The position numbers and the translations under genes were made by a program. Below are positions 1-8,455 of a stretch of 47,661 nucleotides of DNA, piece after piece (the stretch's first letter is position 1; each line of letters starts with the position of its first letter). Under the pieces are notes generated by a model. The model did not search any database and was not told the DNA's origin. It saw only the letters and a list, made by a program, of their open reading frames with translations. This stretch comes from Acidimicrobiia bacterium (GTDB taxonomy: Bacteria; Actinomycetota; Acidimicrobiia; Acidimicrobiales; JAHEJN01): assembly GCA_029861625.1 (NCBI GenBank), contig JAOTZB010000002.1, positions 1 through 47,661 on the forward strand. Reading direction: 5' to 3'.

Positions 1-208
1 CTTCGACATGCTCACGCTTCACCGCGCCGGCGGGACCGCGGGGCGAACCCGGAGGGTGCTCTCGATCCGTTTCCTCGGCGACGACATGGTGCATGCGCCC
101 CGCACGTGGGTCACCTCTCCCGCGTTCCCCGGGCTCGAGGACGAGCTCGCGGCGGGTGAGCCGATGGATCACCCGTTGTTCCCGACACTGTGGGAGCGTG
201 CATCGTGA
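1..208 (+). CDS. 3' end of a phytanoyl-CoA dioxygenase-like Fe(II)/2-oxoglutarate oxygenase (5' end lies outside the window)
   Basis: The frame is open from the window edge to TGA 206-208. The tail HRAGGTAGRTRRVLSIRFLGDD...SPAFPGL...DHPLFP resembles PhyH-family C-termini. The stop overlaps the next start (GTGA). Confidence 0.45.
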   Translation, partial: FDMLTLHRAGGTAGRTRRVLSIRFLGDDMVHAPRTWVTSPAFPGLEDELAAGEPMDHPLFPTLWERAS

Positions 209-792
209 CCGTGCACCCGATCCGGTCGATCGGAGATCCCGTCCTGCGTCAACGGGCTGTCGAGGTACCGCTCGATCAGATCGCGGCATCCGAGACCCAG
301 ACGCTCATCGACGACCTGATCGACACCATGAGGGCCGCCGACGGCGCAGGTCTCGCGGCCAACCAGATCGGCGCCCTCCAGCGCGTCGCCGTTATGGAGG
401 TGCACGACAACCTCCGCTATCCATACAAGTCACCGATCCCGCTCACCATCGCCGTCAACCCGGTGATCGAAGCCATGGTCGACGCCGAGGGCGTACCGGA
501 GACCGTGCTGATCAACGAAGGCTGCCTGTCCGTCCCGCTCCGGGGCGAGGTTCGTCGCCATGTCACCGTCAGGGTTCGTTACCGCGACCGTCGGGGCATC
601 GAGCACGAGCAGATCGAGCGGGGGCTCACCGCGGGGACATGGCAACACGAGTGCGACCACCTCGACGGCGTCTTGTTCGTCGACCGGGTCGACGACCCGG
701 CCACGCTCGCGACATGGGACGAGTACGCGTTCCATCACCGGGCGGCTTTCGTCGAGCGCATCACCGCGTTCGAGGAGCGATTCCGCTCGTGA
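205..792 (+). CDS. def: peptide deformylase
   Basis: All three deformylase motifs are present: GAGLAANQIG, EGCLSVP and QHECDHLDG. GTG 205 overlaps the upstream stop as GTGA. GTG 190 is an alternative start. Confidence 0.9.
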   Translation: MTVHPIRSIGDPVLRQRAVEVPLDQIAASETQTLIDDLIDTMRAADGAGLAANQIGALQRVAVMEVHDNLRYPYKSPIPLTIAVNPVIEAMVDAEGVPETVLINEGCLSVPLRGEVRRHVTVRVRYRDRRGIEHEQIERGLTAGTWQHECDHLDGVLFVDRVDDPATLATWDEYAFHHRAAFVERITAFEERFRS

Positions 793-2135
793 TCGACTAC
801 TGGTGCGAGCTGGCGTGGTTGGGCGGCCCGGCCGCCGAAGCCGGTGTGCTCATCAGCCTCCAGGACGACCGGATCCTCTCGATTCGGCCCGGCTGCGGCG
901 CCCCACCGCCGGGCGCCACGGTGATGCCGGGCCTGACGCTCCCGGGGTTCGCGAACGCGCACAGTCACGCCTTTCATCGGGCCCTGCGGGGTCGCGCCCA
1001 GGCGAGCACCGGCTCGTTCTGGACCTGGCGCGACCAGATGTACGCGATCGCCGAAAGCCTCGATCCCGACACCTACCACCGGCTTGCTCGGGCGACCTAT
1101 GCCGAGATGGTCCGAGCGGGCATCACCGCCGTCGGCGAGTTCCACTACGTCCATCACCAGCCCGGAGGCCGGCCGTACGCCTCTCCGAACGCGATGGGTG
1201 AGGCGCTGATCGCGGCTGCGGCGAGCGCCGGCATCCGACTCACCCTCCTCGACACCTGCTACCTGCACGGGGGATTGAGCGCAGGCGGGTACTCGCCACG
1301 GAGGGGCCCCCAGCTCCGGTTCGGCGACGACTCATCGGCACAGTGGGCCGAGCGGACCACGCAGTCGACATCGTCCGCCATGGTGCGGATGGGAGCGGCG
1401 GTTCACTCCGTCCGCGCCGTCGATCCGGACGCGATCGAGGTCGTCGCCGGCGTCGCCGATGAGAACCGCTGGCCGGTCCACGTCCATCTGAGCGAGCAGA
1501 TCGCCGAGAACGAGCAGTGCCTGGCCGCGCTCGGGGCGACACCGACCCGGATTCTCGACGACGCCGGCCTGATCTCGGCTCGGCTCACCGCGATTCACGC
1601 CACCCACCTCGCGGCCGACGACATCGGCGCCCTCGGATCGTCGGCGGCGTCGTGCTGTTGCTGTCCCACGACCGAACGCGATCTCGGCGACGGCATCGGC
1701 CCGGCTCCGGCTCTCGCCGAAGCCGGATCGGCGATCTGCCTCGGCACCGACTCCCACGCGGTCATCGATCCGTTCGAGGAGTGCCGGGCGCTCGAGCTCG
1801 ACCAACGGCAGGTCTCCCACAGGCGGGGGGTGTTCGACTCGCACAGCCTGCTCGCCGCGGGCACGTCTGCCGGTTATGACTCGATCGGGTGGCCCGAGGG
1901 TGGCCGCCTCGCCGCCGGCGGCCTCGCCGACTTCATCACGGTCGGCCTGGATTCGGTGCGGATGGCGGGAACCGGCGCGGCCACGGCCCTGCCGGCAGCC
2001 GTGTTCGCAGCGACAGCAGCCGACGTGCGTCAGGTCGTCATCGGCGGCAAGGTCGTCGTACGCGACGGCGCACACGTCTCGATCGACGTCCGCGCCGAAC
2101 TGCACTCGTCGATCGCAGCGGTGAGCACGCCATGA
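789..2135 (+). CDS. hutF: formimidoylglutamate deiminase (amidohydrolase superfamily)
   Basis: The motif [19 protein letters not shown] is HutF-like and there are later amidohydrolase His/Asp motifs. GTG 789 overlaps the def stop (GTGA). The 5' part of the 680-aa ORF is an off-frame shadow over def. The gene is directly coupled to hutI. Confidence 0.75.
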   Translation: MIDYWCELAWLGGPAAEAGVLISLQDDRILSIRPGCGAPPPGATVMPGLTLPGFANAHSHAFHRALRGRAQASTGSFWTWRDQMYAIAESLDPDTYHRLARATYAEMVRAGITAVGEFHYVHHQPGGRPYASPNAMGEALIAAAASAGIRLTLLDTCYLHGGLSAGGYSPRRGPQLRFGDDSSAQWAERTTQSTSSAMVRMGAAVHSVRAVDPDAIEVVAGVADENRWPVHVHLSEQIAENEQCLAALGATPTRILDDAGLISARLTAIHATHLAADDIGALGSSAASCCCCPTTERDLGDGIGPAPALAEAGSAICLGTDSHAVIDPFEECRALELDQRQVSHRRGVFDSHSLLAAGTSAGYDSIGWPEGGRLAAGGLADFITVGLDSVRMAGTGAATALPAAVFAATAADVRQVVIGGKVVVRDGAHVSIDVRAELHSSIAAVSTP

Positions 2136-3301
2136 CACCAACCGGGACGACCACGGTGATCGACGACATCGGCCTCCTCGTCACCAACGATCCCGAGATC
2201 GGGGAAGGTCCGCTCGGTGTCGTCCGCGACGCGTCGGTGGTGATCGCCGATGACACGGTGGAGTCGGTCGGCCCACGAGGCCAGGCCGCCGATCGCCGCA
2301 TCGACGCCGGGGGCGCATGCGTCCTGCCGGGGTTCGTGGACTCCCACACCCACCTGGTGTTCGCGGGGGACCGAGCCGAGGAGTTCACCAGCCGGATGGC
2401 AGGGAAGCCCTACGACGGCGGCGGTATCCGAGTCACGACCGAAGCCACTCGCGCTGCCTCCGACGCCCAGCTGCGCGCGCTCACCCGATCCCGGCTGGCC
2501 GAAGCGCACCGGGCCGGCACCACCACCATCGAGATCAAGTCGGGGTACGGGCTGAGCGTCGACCACGAGGTCCGCTGCCTCCGCATCGCGGCCGAGCACA
2601 CCAGCGAGACCACCTTCCTCGGCGCCCATCTGGTTCCGGCCGAGCTCGACGGTCGAGCCGACGAGTACGTCGACCTGGTGTGTGGCGAGATGCTCGACGC
2701 CGCGGCCCCCCATGCCAGGTGGATCGACGCTTTCTGCGAGACCGGCGCATTCAGCGCCGAGCAGTCACGCCGGGTGCTCGAAGCAGGGAAGGCGGCCGGG
2801 CTCGGGCTGCGGCTCCACGCCAATCAGCTCGGCCCTGGCCCAGGCGTGCTGCTGGCAGTCGAGATGGGCTGCGCCTCCGTCGACCACTGCACTCATCTCG
2901 ACGACGACGACATCGCTGCGCTCGCCGGCAGCGACACCGTCGCGACCTTCCTGCCGGCAACCGACTTCTCGACCCGCCAGCCCTATCCCGACGCCCGTCG
3001 GGCGCTCGATGCCGGCGTGAAGATCGCCATCGCCACGAACTGCAACCCGGGGTCGAGCTATACGACGTCGATCAGCTTCTGTGTCGCCCTCGCCGTGCGC
3101 GACATGGGCCTCACCATCGAAGAGGCCATCGCCGCGGTCACCTCTGGGGGCGCGTCGGCCCTGCGCCGTGCCGACATCGGCCGGCTCACCCCCGGAGCCG
3201 CCGGCCACGCCGTCGTGCTCGACGCACCGACCTACCACGACCTCGCGTACCGGCCCGGCGTCCCGCTCATCGCCAGGACCATCGGGCCGCTCGCCGATTG
3301 A
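2132..3301 (+). CDS. hutI: imidazolonepropionase
   Basis: [29 protein letters not shown] and FCE..AFS are HutI-type motifs. The ATG overlaps the hutF stop (ATGA). Confidence 0.9.
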   Translation: MTPTGTTTVIDDIGLLVTNDPEIGEGPLGVVRDASVVIADDTVESVGPRGQAADRRIDAGGACVLPGFVDSHTHLVFAGDRAEEFTSRMAGKPYDGGGIRVTTEATRAASDAQLRALTRSRLAEAHRAGTTTIEIKSGYGLSVDHEVRCLRIAAEHTSETTFLGAHLVPAELDGRADEYVDLVCGEMLDAAAPHARWIDAFCETGAFSAEQSRRVLEAGKAAGLGLRLHANQLGPGPGVLLAVEMGCASVDHCTHLDDDDIAALAGSDTVATFLPATDFSTRQPYPDARRALDAGVKIAIATNCNPGSSYTTSISFCVALAVRDMGLTIEEAIAAVTSGGASALRRADIGRLTPGAAGHAVVLDAPTYHDLAYRPGVPLIARTIGPLAD

Positions 3302-3349
3302 ACCGACGACGGGCACACCGGGCGTGTCGTGACCGACCGCGGGATTCGC

Positions 3350-3889
3350 TCAGTCGAATGGAACGACGATCGGATATCCGTCGAGCATCGTGAGGAGACT
3401 CGAGGTCGGCGGGTCGGGAACCGGTCGGTCGAGCGGCCCGGATCGAACCTCGGCAATCCATGTGGCGTGCTGGTACTCGTGGTTGACCACCGCCGTCAGC
3501 AGCGTGCGGCCGACGACCACGAGCTGCGCGGGAGGACCGACGTCTCCGTCGGCAACGGCGCGCAGATTCGACCGCACACGGTCGGCAACGATGCCGCGAA
3601 ACGTCGCGATGCGCTCGGCGTCGGGGAGATCGCCGCGCTCGCGCGGTGGGGTCGCCGAGTCACCGAGTCGCTCGAGCTCGGCGTCGACTCGCGGTTCCGC
3701 CACGGTCAGGTTGCGCACCATGAAGTGGGCAACCGCCGGTTGATGCAGCAGGTGCCAGCCGATGGCACTCGAGTCGGCATCGGGTCGCCACCCGAGCTCG
3801 TCGACGGTCAGATCGGTCCACAGACCGTCGGTGTGGGCGAGCGCCCGTTCGTACTCGGCCAGCAGCTCGTCGATTCCCGGCACTGTCAT
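3350..3889 (-). CDS. DinB-family (DinB_2-like) metal-binding protein
   Basis: The His-containing helices (WHLLHQPAVAHF...VVNHEYQHATW) are typical of the DinB four-helix bundle. ATG 3889 is preceded by GGGGGTGA. The longer ORF up to 4000 would run through the terminator hairpins. Confidence 0.65.
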   Translation of the reverse strand: MTVPGIDELLAEYERALAHTDGLWTDLTVDELGWRPDADSSAIGWHLLHQPAVAHFMVRNLTVAEPRVDAELERLGDSATPPRERGDLPDAERIATFRGIVADRVRSNLRAVADGDVGPPAQLVVVGRTLLTAVVNHEYQHATWIAEVRSGPLDRPVPDPPTSSLLTMLDGYPIVVPFD

Positions 3890-3970
3890 TGCATCACCCC
3901 CATGGCTCGCTCCCATGTTGCCGGGTGCAGCACCGAACGTGAGCATCGGAGTCGGAACGGTCGACAGCCG

Positions 3971-4052
3971 GGTCGCTCGACAGGAGCGACCCGGCTGCAC
4001 GAACCGGCAACAGCCGGCCAGCCTCGGGCCGCGAGGCTCGCCTGCTGTTGCC
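3971..4052 (-). terminator. two tandem GC-rich hairpins downstream of the spondin-like gene
   Basis: First hairpin: GGTCGCTC-gacag-GAGCGACC (3971-3991). Second, nested hairpin: GGCAACAGC...AGCCTCG-ggccg-CGAGGCT...GCTGTTGCC (4006-4052). There is no U-tract, as in actinobacterial I-shaped terminators. Confidence 0.5.
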
Positions 4053-4056
4053 GTTC

Positions 4057-4788
4057 TCAGTCGACCCTGACGATCGAAACGACCGCGACCGGGTCGGTCC
4101 AGGCGTGCAACGACGTCAGATCGTCACCACCGGCGATGCCGCCGTGGTGATGGATCACACCACCTTCAGCCAGCAGGGGGTTGCTCGTGCCGGTGCCCGG
4201 GTCATCGCTGGAGATTCCGACGAGTCCCTGGCAGGGCGGCACGATGTCGGCGAAGTCCTCGGTGTTGACCTCGGTGCCGGCGTCGTAGGCATCGGTGGTG
4301 ACCGTCACCGAGTCACCGACCTCTTTCGGCAGTCGAATGCCGTCGATACCCGTGAATCCGTCATTGGTGCAGATGAGCATCGACGCCCATGTCAGGTACT
4401 TCGCTCCGGTGTCGCCGGTGACCGTGAGCGTCACCTCGTCGTCGAACATCCCCGAGGACGGGAGGCCGCCGGGAACCAACGGCCCGCCCAGCGGGGCCAG
4501 GCTGGAGACGTGGTTGTTCGTTGCCGGATCGAGTGCAGCCAGCGCCGGCCCGAGGTTGCCGTTCTCCGCGATCTCCTGGAGCTCCGTCGATGCCGATTGA
4601 CCGACCGTGAAGACGTCGACCGGCTTGCGATGGACGGCGACGAGAGGCGGCGTGAACGGCTGGCCCTCGGTCAGGTTGGTGATCGTCACCTCGTAGGTTG
4701 CGACCGGCGCATCGGCCGAGGCAGAGACGGGCGCGAGAACAGCGAGTGCCGTGATCGTCGCGAGCGCGGCAATGAGAAACTTTCGCAT
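4057..4788 (-). CDS. secreted spondin_N-like domain protein
   Basis: N-terminal signal peptide MRKFLIAALATITALAVLAPVSASA. The body (YEVTITNLTEGQPFTPPL...ICTNDGF) looks like bacterial spondin-N domains. GAAGGA Shine-Dalgarno lies upstream of ATG 4788. Confidence 0.7.
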   Translation of the reverse strand: MRKFLIAALATITALAVLAPVSASADAPVATYEVTITNLTEGQPFTPPLVAVHRKPVDVFTVGQSASTELQEIAENGNLGPALAALDPATNNHVSSLAPLGGPLVPGGLPSSGMFDDEVTLTVTGDTGAKYLTWASMLICTNDGFTGIDGIRLPKEVGDSVTVTTDAYDAGTEVNTEDFADIVPPCQGLVGISSDDPGTGTSNPLLAEGGVIHHHGGIAGGDDLTSLHAWTDPVAVVSIVRVD

Positions 4789-4990
4789 CGGAGAGTCCTT
4801 CGTTTCGGGAATGGTTGTCCGCCACCCCGGGGCGGCCCCTCCGGGATGATTGCTGACGCAACGTCAACGACCGCCGGACCGTCGCGGTTCCCGATCGGGC
4901 CGGATTCTCTCCCAGATCGTCATCGAAGGCCGTCGGCCACGCTGCCCTGGAGTGTCACCGGGACCCGTCAGCTAGGGTCGCAGAGACACC

Positions 4991-5725
4991 ATGCGATCTC
5001 GCCGTATACCGGACTTCGGTCTGTTCGGGCAGGTGCTGCTCATCGTCTTGTTCATGCAGGGGTACTTCGCCGCTCGGACGATCGTCGAGGACGACGGCAT
5101 CGATGCGCGGGCGAACGCCCGCTCGATCCTCGATTTCGAAGCCGCGATCGGGCTCGACTTCGAGCGGGCGTGGAACAGCTTCATCCTCGATCATGACGTG
5201 CTCTCGTCGTTGGCCACTGTCGTCTACGTGTGGGGGTACTGGGTCTCGGTCCTGGCTGCGTTGGTGTTCCTGTGGTTTCGGCGTCGCTCGACCTACCGCG
5301 TCCTCCGCGACGCGCTGGCGCTGTCGGCCGTCATCGGAATCGGGTTCTTCTTGCTGTTTCCCGTGGCCCCGCCTCGCGCCCTCGACGGATTCACCGACAC
5401 CGTCTACGGCGGAGCGGGAGGACCCGGCCGCGACCCGCCCGGTGGCACGAACGCGTTCGCGGCCTTCCCGAGCTACCACGTCGGATGGCCGGCGGTCGCT
5501 GGCATCGCGGTGGCCATGACGACCCGTCGCCCGTCATTTCGTCTGCTGGCGCTGTTGCCGGCGGCACTGCTCGCACTGACGGTCATCGTCACGGCCAATC
5601 ATTACGTCGTCGACATCATCGGCGGGGTGGTGATCTGCGTGCTCTGCCTGTGGACGTCGATCACCGCCGAGAAGAGGCTGTCGTGGCGAGCCGGTGCCAG
5701 CCGGCTCCGCCCGCGTCACGCCTGA
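4991..5725 (+). CDS. PAP2-superfamily membrane phosphatase/transferase (PAP2_3-like)
   Basis: Several TM helices, plus the motifs FPSYHVGW and ANHYVVD that are typical of the PAP2_3 clade. Confidence 0.7.
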   Translation: MRSRRIPDFGLFGQVLLIVLFMQGYFAARTIVEDDGIDARANARSILDFEAAIGLDFERAWNSFILDHDVLSSLATVVYVWGYWVSVLAALVFLWFRRRSTYRVLRDALALSAVIGIGFFLLFPVAPPRALDGFTDTVYGGAGGPGRDPPGGTNAFAAFPSYHVGWPAVAGIAVAMTTRRPSFRLLALLPAALLALTVIVTANHYVVDIIGGVVICVLCLWTSITAEKRLSWRAGASRLRPRHA

Positions 5726-5797
5726 ACGGGCCGAGGCGTCGCGGTCGCGTCACCGGCCCGGCTCGCGACAGTGGCTGCACCCTGAATGCGTCGCCAG

Positions 5798-6103
5798 TCA
5801 CGATGGGTCGATGTGGGCCTTGATCGACGAGCCGGCGTCGTCGAGCCAGCCCTTGGATGCCGCATACCCCATCATCGCCTCGAAGCCGGCCTCCCAGGCG
5901 CTGTCCACCGCGCCACCGGCCAGGTCTCGAACGGCCGCGACCGTCACGAAGATGTGATCTCGCTCGGGCGCGGCCGCACCACGATCTCCGAGCGCGTCGA
6001 GGACGGCCGCCTGGGTCGACTCGACGGCACGGATGTCGAATGCGGTGAAGTCAGCCGGCTGATCGAGCGTGACCGATCCGTCGGCGCCGATGATGATGTG
6101 CAC
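5798..6103 (-). CDS. small hypothetical protein (about 101 aa)
   Basis: Only the 3' end of the 496-aa ORF has protein-like composition (..IIIGADGSVTLDQPADFTAFDIR..EAMMGYAASKGWLDD). GTG 6103 is the first in-frame start not antisense to the neighbouring gene. The start is uncertain. Confidence 0.4.
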   Translation of the reverse strand: MHIIIGADGSVTLDQPADFTAFDIRAVESTQAAVLDALGDRGAAAPERDHIFVTVAAVRDLAGGAVDSAWEAGFEAMMGYAASKGWLDDAGSSIKAHIDPS

Positions 6104-6253
6104 CGCCCCACGGTAGGTCGAACCCGGCCTGCCCTGGCCGGACGACAGCTCGAACGGGACCGTCGGACCATCACCGACCCGGCGCTCGGGGGCGACTCCG
6201 GCGGGCGCAGCGTAGTCTCGGCGACGGGAGCGGCTCCCTGGAGTCGATGGGTC

Positions 6254-7399
6254 ATGGCCGACAACGGATTCGTATGGGGCGACCGCGAGGCCATGCTGCG
6301 TGACCACGCCGCGACAACCGCCCTGTTCACGACGCTCGTCGACGTCCGGTTCAGGCTGCTCACCTTCATCCCGACCGTCACCGCGATCGCCGTCGGCATC
6401 GTGAGCGGCGATGGCTCGGCCGGTCTCGAGACGAACCAGTGGCTGCTCGTCGGCACCATCGGGTTCGTCGCGTCGCTCGCGGTGGTCGTCTACGAGGTCC
6501 GCAACTCGCAGATCCACGATCGTGCCGTCCACCGCGTCAAACACCTCGAACGACTCCTCGGCTTCCGGCCGTCGTACGCCGGGCTCCCGCCCCGAGGCAT
6601 GTTCGGCGAACGGGGGACCGGCGGTGCCCTCTTCGGCGTTCTGTTCGTGAAACACGACCGAGCGCTCGCGCTGATCTACGGCGTCGTGCTCGCGGCCTGG
6701 ACCTGGGTCCTGCTCAGCGGCGCCGAAGCGGCGCGCGATTGGCGCGTGATCGACGGCGCCGGGGCGACCTGGGTGAAGATCGTCGTGCCCGTGGGTGTTG
6801 CGGTCGTGATCGCCCATGAGATCAGCAGGCTCGGCGGCACGGGGCGCGAGCCCGGGCTCGTCTACACCCTCGGCGATGCGGCGGAGACAACGGCACCCCC
6901 GTCGTCGGGCGAACAGCGGGGCAGGTCGATGTTCGTCGATCTGTTCGACCTGCATGGTCAGATCAAGGAGCGCCGGCCCAGCCCGACGCTGTTCGATCTG
7001 ACGATCAGGAAGACGTCGCGGGAGGAGAGGCTCGTGGATCTTGCGCTCGCGGCGGGTGTCATCCGCGCCGTGCAGATTCGCTGGTTCTGGTTGTGGGCCG
7101 GACGTGACGATCGAAGGGATTCCCGCGCGCGCCGGCTGAAGGTCGAGTCGAAGTCGAAGATCGATTGGGTGGAGGCGATCCGGGGCGGGGTCGTGGGCGC
7201 GGACGAGGTGTTCCGCGCCGGCAGGGGTGACCCCACCGATGGCGACGAGCCGGCTCGAGAGGAGCTGTGCCGACGATACGGCGACCATGCGCCATGGGCG
7301 ACGCCGGCCGAGATCTCCCTGCGCCGGGGGCTGCTCGAGGCCGCGGCCGAGAAGGACCGCGAAGAGGCCGCGGGCCGGTCGAGCTCTCCGAACGGCTGA
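6254..7399 (+). CDS. hypothetical membrane protein with about 4 TM helices and a roughly 180-aa charged C-terminal domain
   Basis: From ATG 6254 onward composition is protein-like and third codon positions are GC-rich. Hydrophobic helices include FRLLTFIPTVTAIAVGIV, WLLVGTIGFVASLAVVVY, LALIYGVVLAAWTWVLL and WVKIVVPVGVAVVIA. I recognised no family. Confidence 0.6.
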   Translation: MADNGFVWGDREAMLRDHAATTALFTTLVDVRFRLLTFIPTVTAIAVGIVSGDGSAGLETNQWLLVGTIGFVASLAVVVYEVRNSQIHDRAVHRVKHLERLLGFRPSYAGLPPRGMFGERGTGGALFGVLFVKHDRALALIYGVVLAAWTWVLLSGAEAARDWRVIDGAGATWVKIVVPVGVAVVIAHEISRLGGTGREPGLVYTLGDAAETTAPPSSGEQRGRSMFVDLFDLHGQIKERRPSPTLFDLTIRKTSREERLVDLALAAGVIRAVQIRWFWLWAGRDDRRDSRARRLKVESKSKIDWVEAIRGGVVGADEVFRAGRGDPTDGDEPAREELCRRYGDHAPWATPAEISLRRGLLEAAAEKDREEAAGRSSSPNG

Positions 7400-7470
7400 G
7401 GACTCGCTCGAAGACCTGGCCGCCGTCGAAGATGCGATCGTCGCGGGCGGGGCGCGGCGGTAGCAGGGAC

Positions 7471-7492
7471 TTTCACGCTCGATTCACGCTCG
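7471..7492 (+). promoter_or_regulatory. 2 x 11-bp direct repeat TTTCACGCTCG/ATTCACGCTCG (site A, resembles a response-regulator box)
   Basis: The two tandem units are identical at 10 of 11 positions and end 41 nt upstream of ATG 7534. The same TTTCAC core with 11-bp phasing recurs at 11718-11739 and 21957-21978. Confidence 0.45.
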
Positions 7493-7533
7493 GACCCGAC
7501 CGTGGTAGCCACCACAACAAATGGAGGCCCACC

Positions 7534-8340
7534 ATGTCGCCCACGAACGATTCACCGACCACTGCGCGATCCCGACCGCGCCTGTTCGGGCTGATCGCCG
7601 CACTGTTGTTGCTCGCGGGAGCATGTGCGAGCGATGGAGTGACCATCGCCGCCGATCCCTCCGTCGACCCGTCGGCGGGGTCGTCGGCGCCGCCTGACGA
7701 AGCCGTGACCGACGACCGCTCCCCCGACTCGGATCTTGCACCTCGTGACCGCGAGGCCGCCGAGGACGAGCCGGCCGAAGCGGCGACCGAAGAGCCTGCG
7801 ATCGACGAGCCTGCGACCGAAGAGCCTGCGATCGACGAGCCTGCGATCGAACAGGCGCCGACTGCACCGACGCTTCCGGCCACGACTGTGTTCGCACCGC
7901 TCGAGACCACCTACGACTTCGCAGGCGGTCCACCGGCGCCGGGCACACTGCCCATCGCTCCCGGTGAGGTCACGGCCCGCTGGTATGTCGAGGGCGATCA
8001 CTACGTCGTCCACTACGACGGCCTCGACCCCGGCATCCCGTCGTGCCCCGGCAACTCGATTCAGACGACAGGCGGCTTCGAGTCCGTGAGCAACGCCTCG
8101 CTCGCCGGGCTCGACTGCTCTGCGCTGTCCACCGCCGTCGAGAACTCGACGAGCCAGGGTGTCGCTGTGTGCGGCGACATGGTGTTCTACCGCACGCTGA
8201 TCCCGGCTGACCGGACCGGCACGTTGTTCGGGAGCTTCGAGATCGTCGATGCCGACCTCAACGGTGTCGGTGCAACGAGCATGTCGCCGACCGCACCCGG
8301 TGCTGCGCCCGAGATCGATCTCGCCGAGCTCGGCTGCTGA
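7534..8340 (+). CDS. probable secreted lipoprotein with an acidic repeat linker
   Basis: GGAGG lies 7 nt upstream of the ATG. Signal peptide with a LLLLAGAC lipobox-like cysteine. An acidic Pro/Glu linker is followed by a Cys-containing C-terminal domain of unknown family. Confidence 0.7.
   Translation: MSPTNDSPTTARSRPRLFGLIAALLLLAGACASDGVTIAADPSVDPSAGSSAPPDEAVTDDRSPDSDLAPRDREAAEDEPAEAATEEPAIDEPATEEPAIDEPAIEQAPTAPTLPATTVFAPLETTYDFAGGPPAPGTLPIAPGEVTARWYVEGDHYVVHYDGLDPGIPSCPGNSIQTTGGFESVSNASLAGLDCSALSTAVENSTSQGVAVCGDMVFYRTLIPADRTGTLFGSFEIVDADLNGVGATSMSPTAPGAAPEIDLAELGC
7785..7844 (+). repeat. perfect 30-bp tandem duplication inside the lipoprotein CDS
   Basis: GACCGAAGAGCCTGCGATCGACGAGCCTGC occurs twice, in frame, and encodes TEEPAIDEPA twice. 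Confidence 0.9.
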
Positions 8341-8367
8341 CCATCGGCGCCCAACCGGTGAGATCCA

Positions 8368-8394
8368 GGTCCCCCTCGCCCGTCGAGGGGGACC
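8368..8394 (+). terminator. hairpin downstream of the lipoprotein gene
   Basis: GGTCCCCCTCG-cccgt-CGAGGGGGACC has a perfect 11-bp stem and starts 28 nt after the stop. There is no U-tract. Confidence 0.5.
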
Positions 8395-8455
8395 TCACCG
8401 CGACCCGATCGCCTCGACTCCGAGACTGTCACACCCCAACTCTATCATCGAACAC

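Noticed and set aside
93-788. N-terminal 230-codon extension of the hutF ORF
   Set aside because: It overlaps def in another frame and is Arg/Pro-rich. The HutF homology starts at GTG 789, which overlaps the def stop.
6104-7288. Upstream 395 codons of the 496-aa minus-strand ORF 5798..7288
   Set aside because: This part is antisense to the better-supported membrane-protein gene 6254..7399. Only the last 100 or so codons look like real protein.
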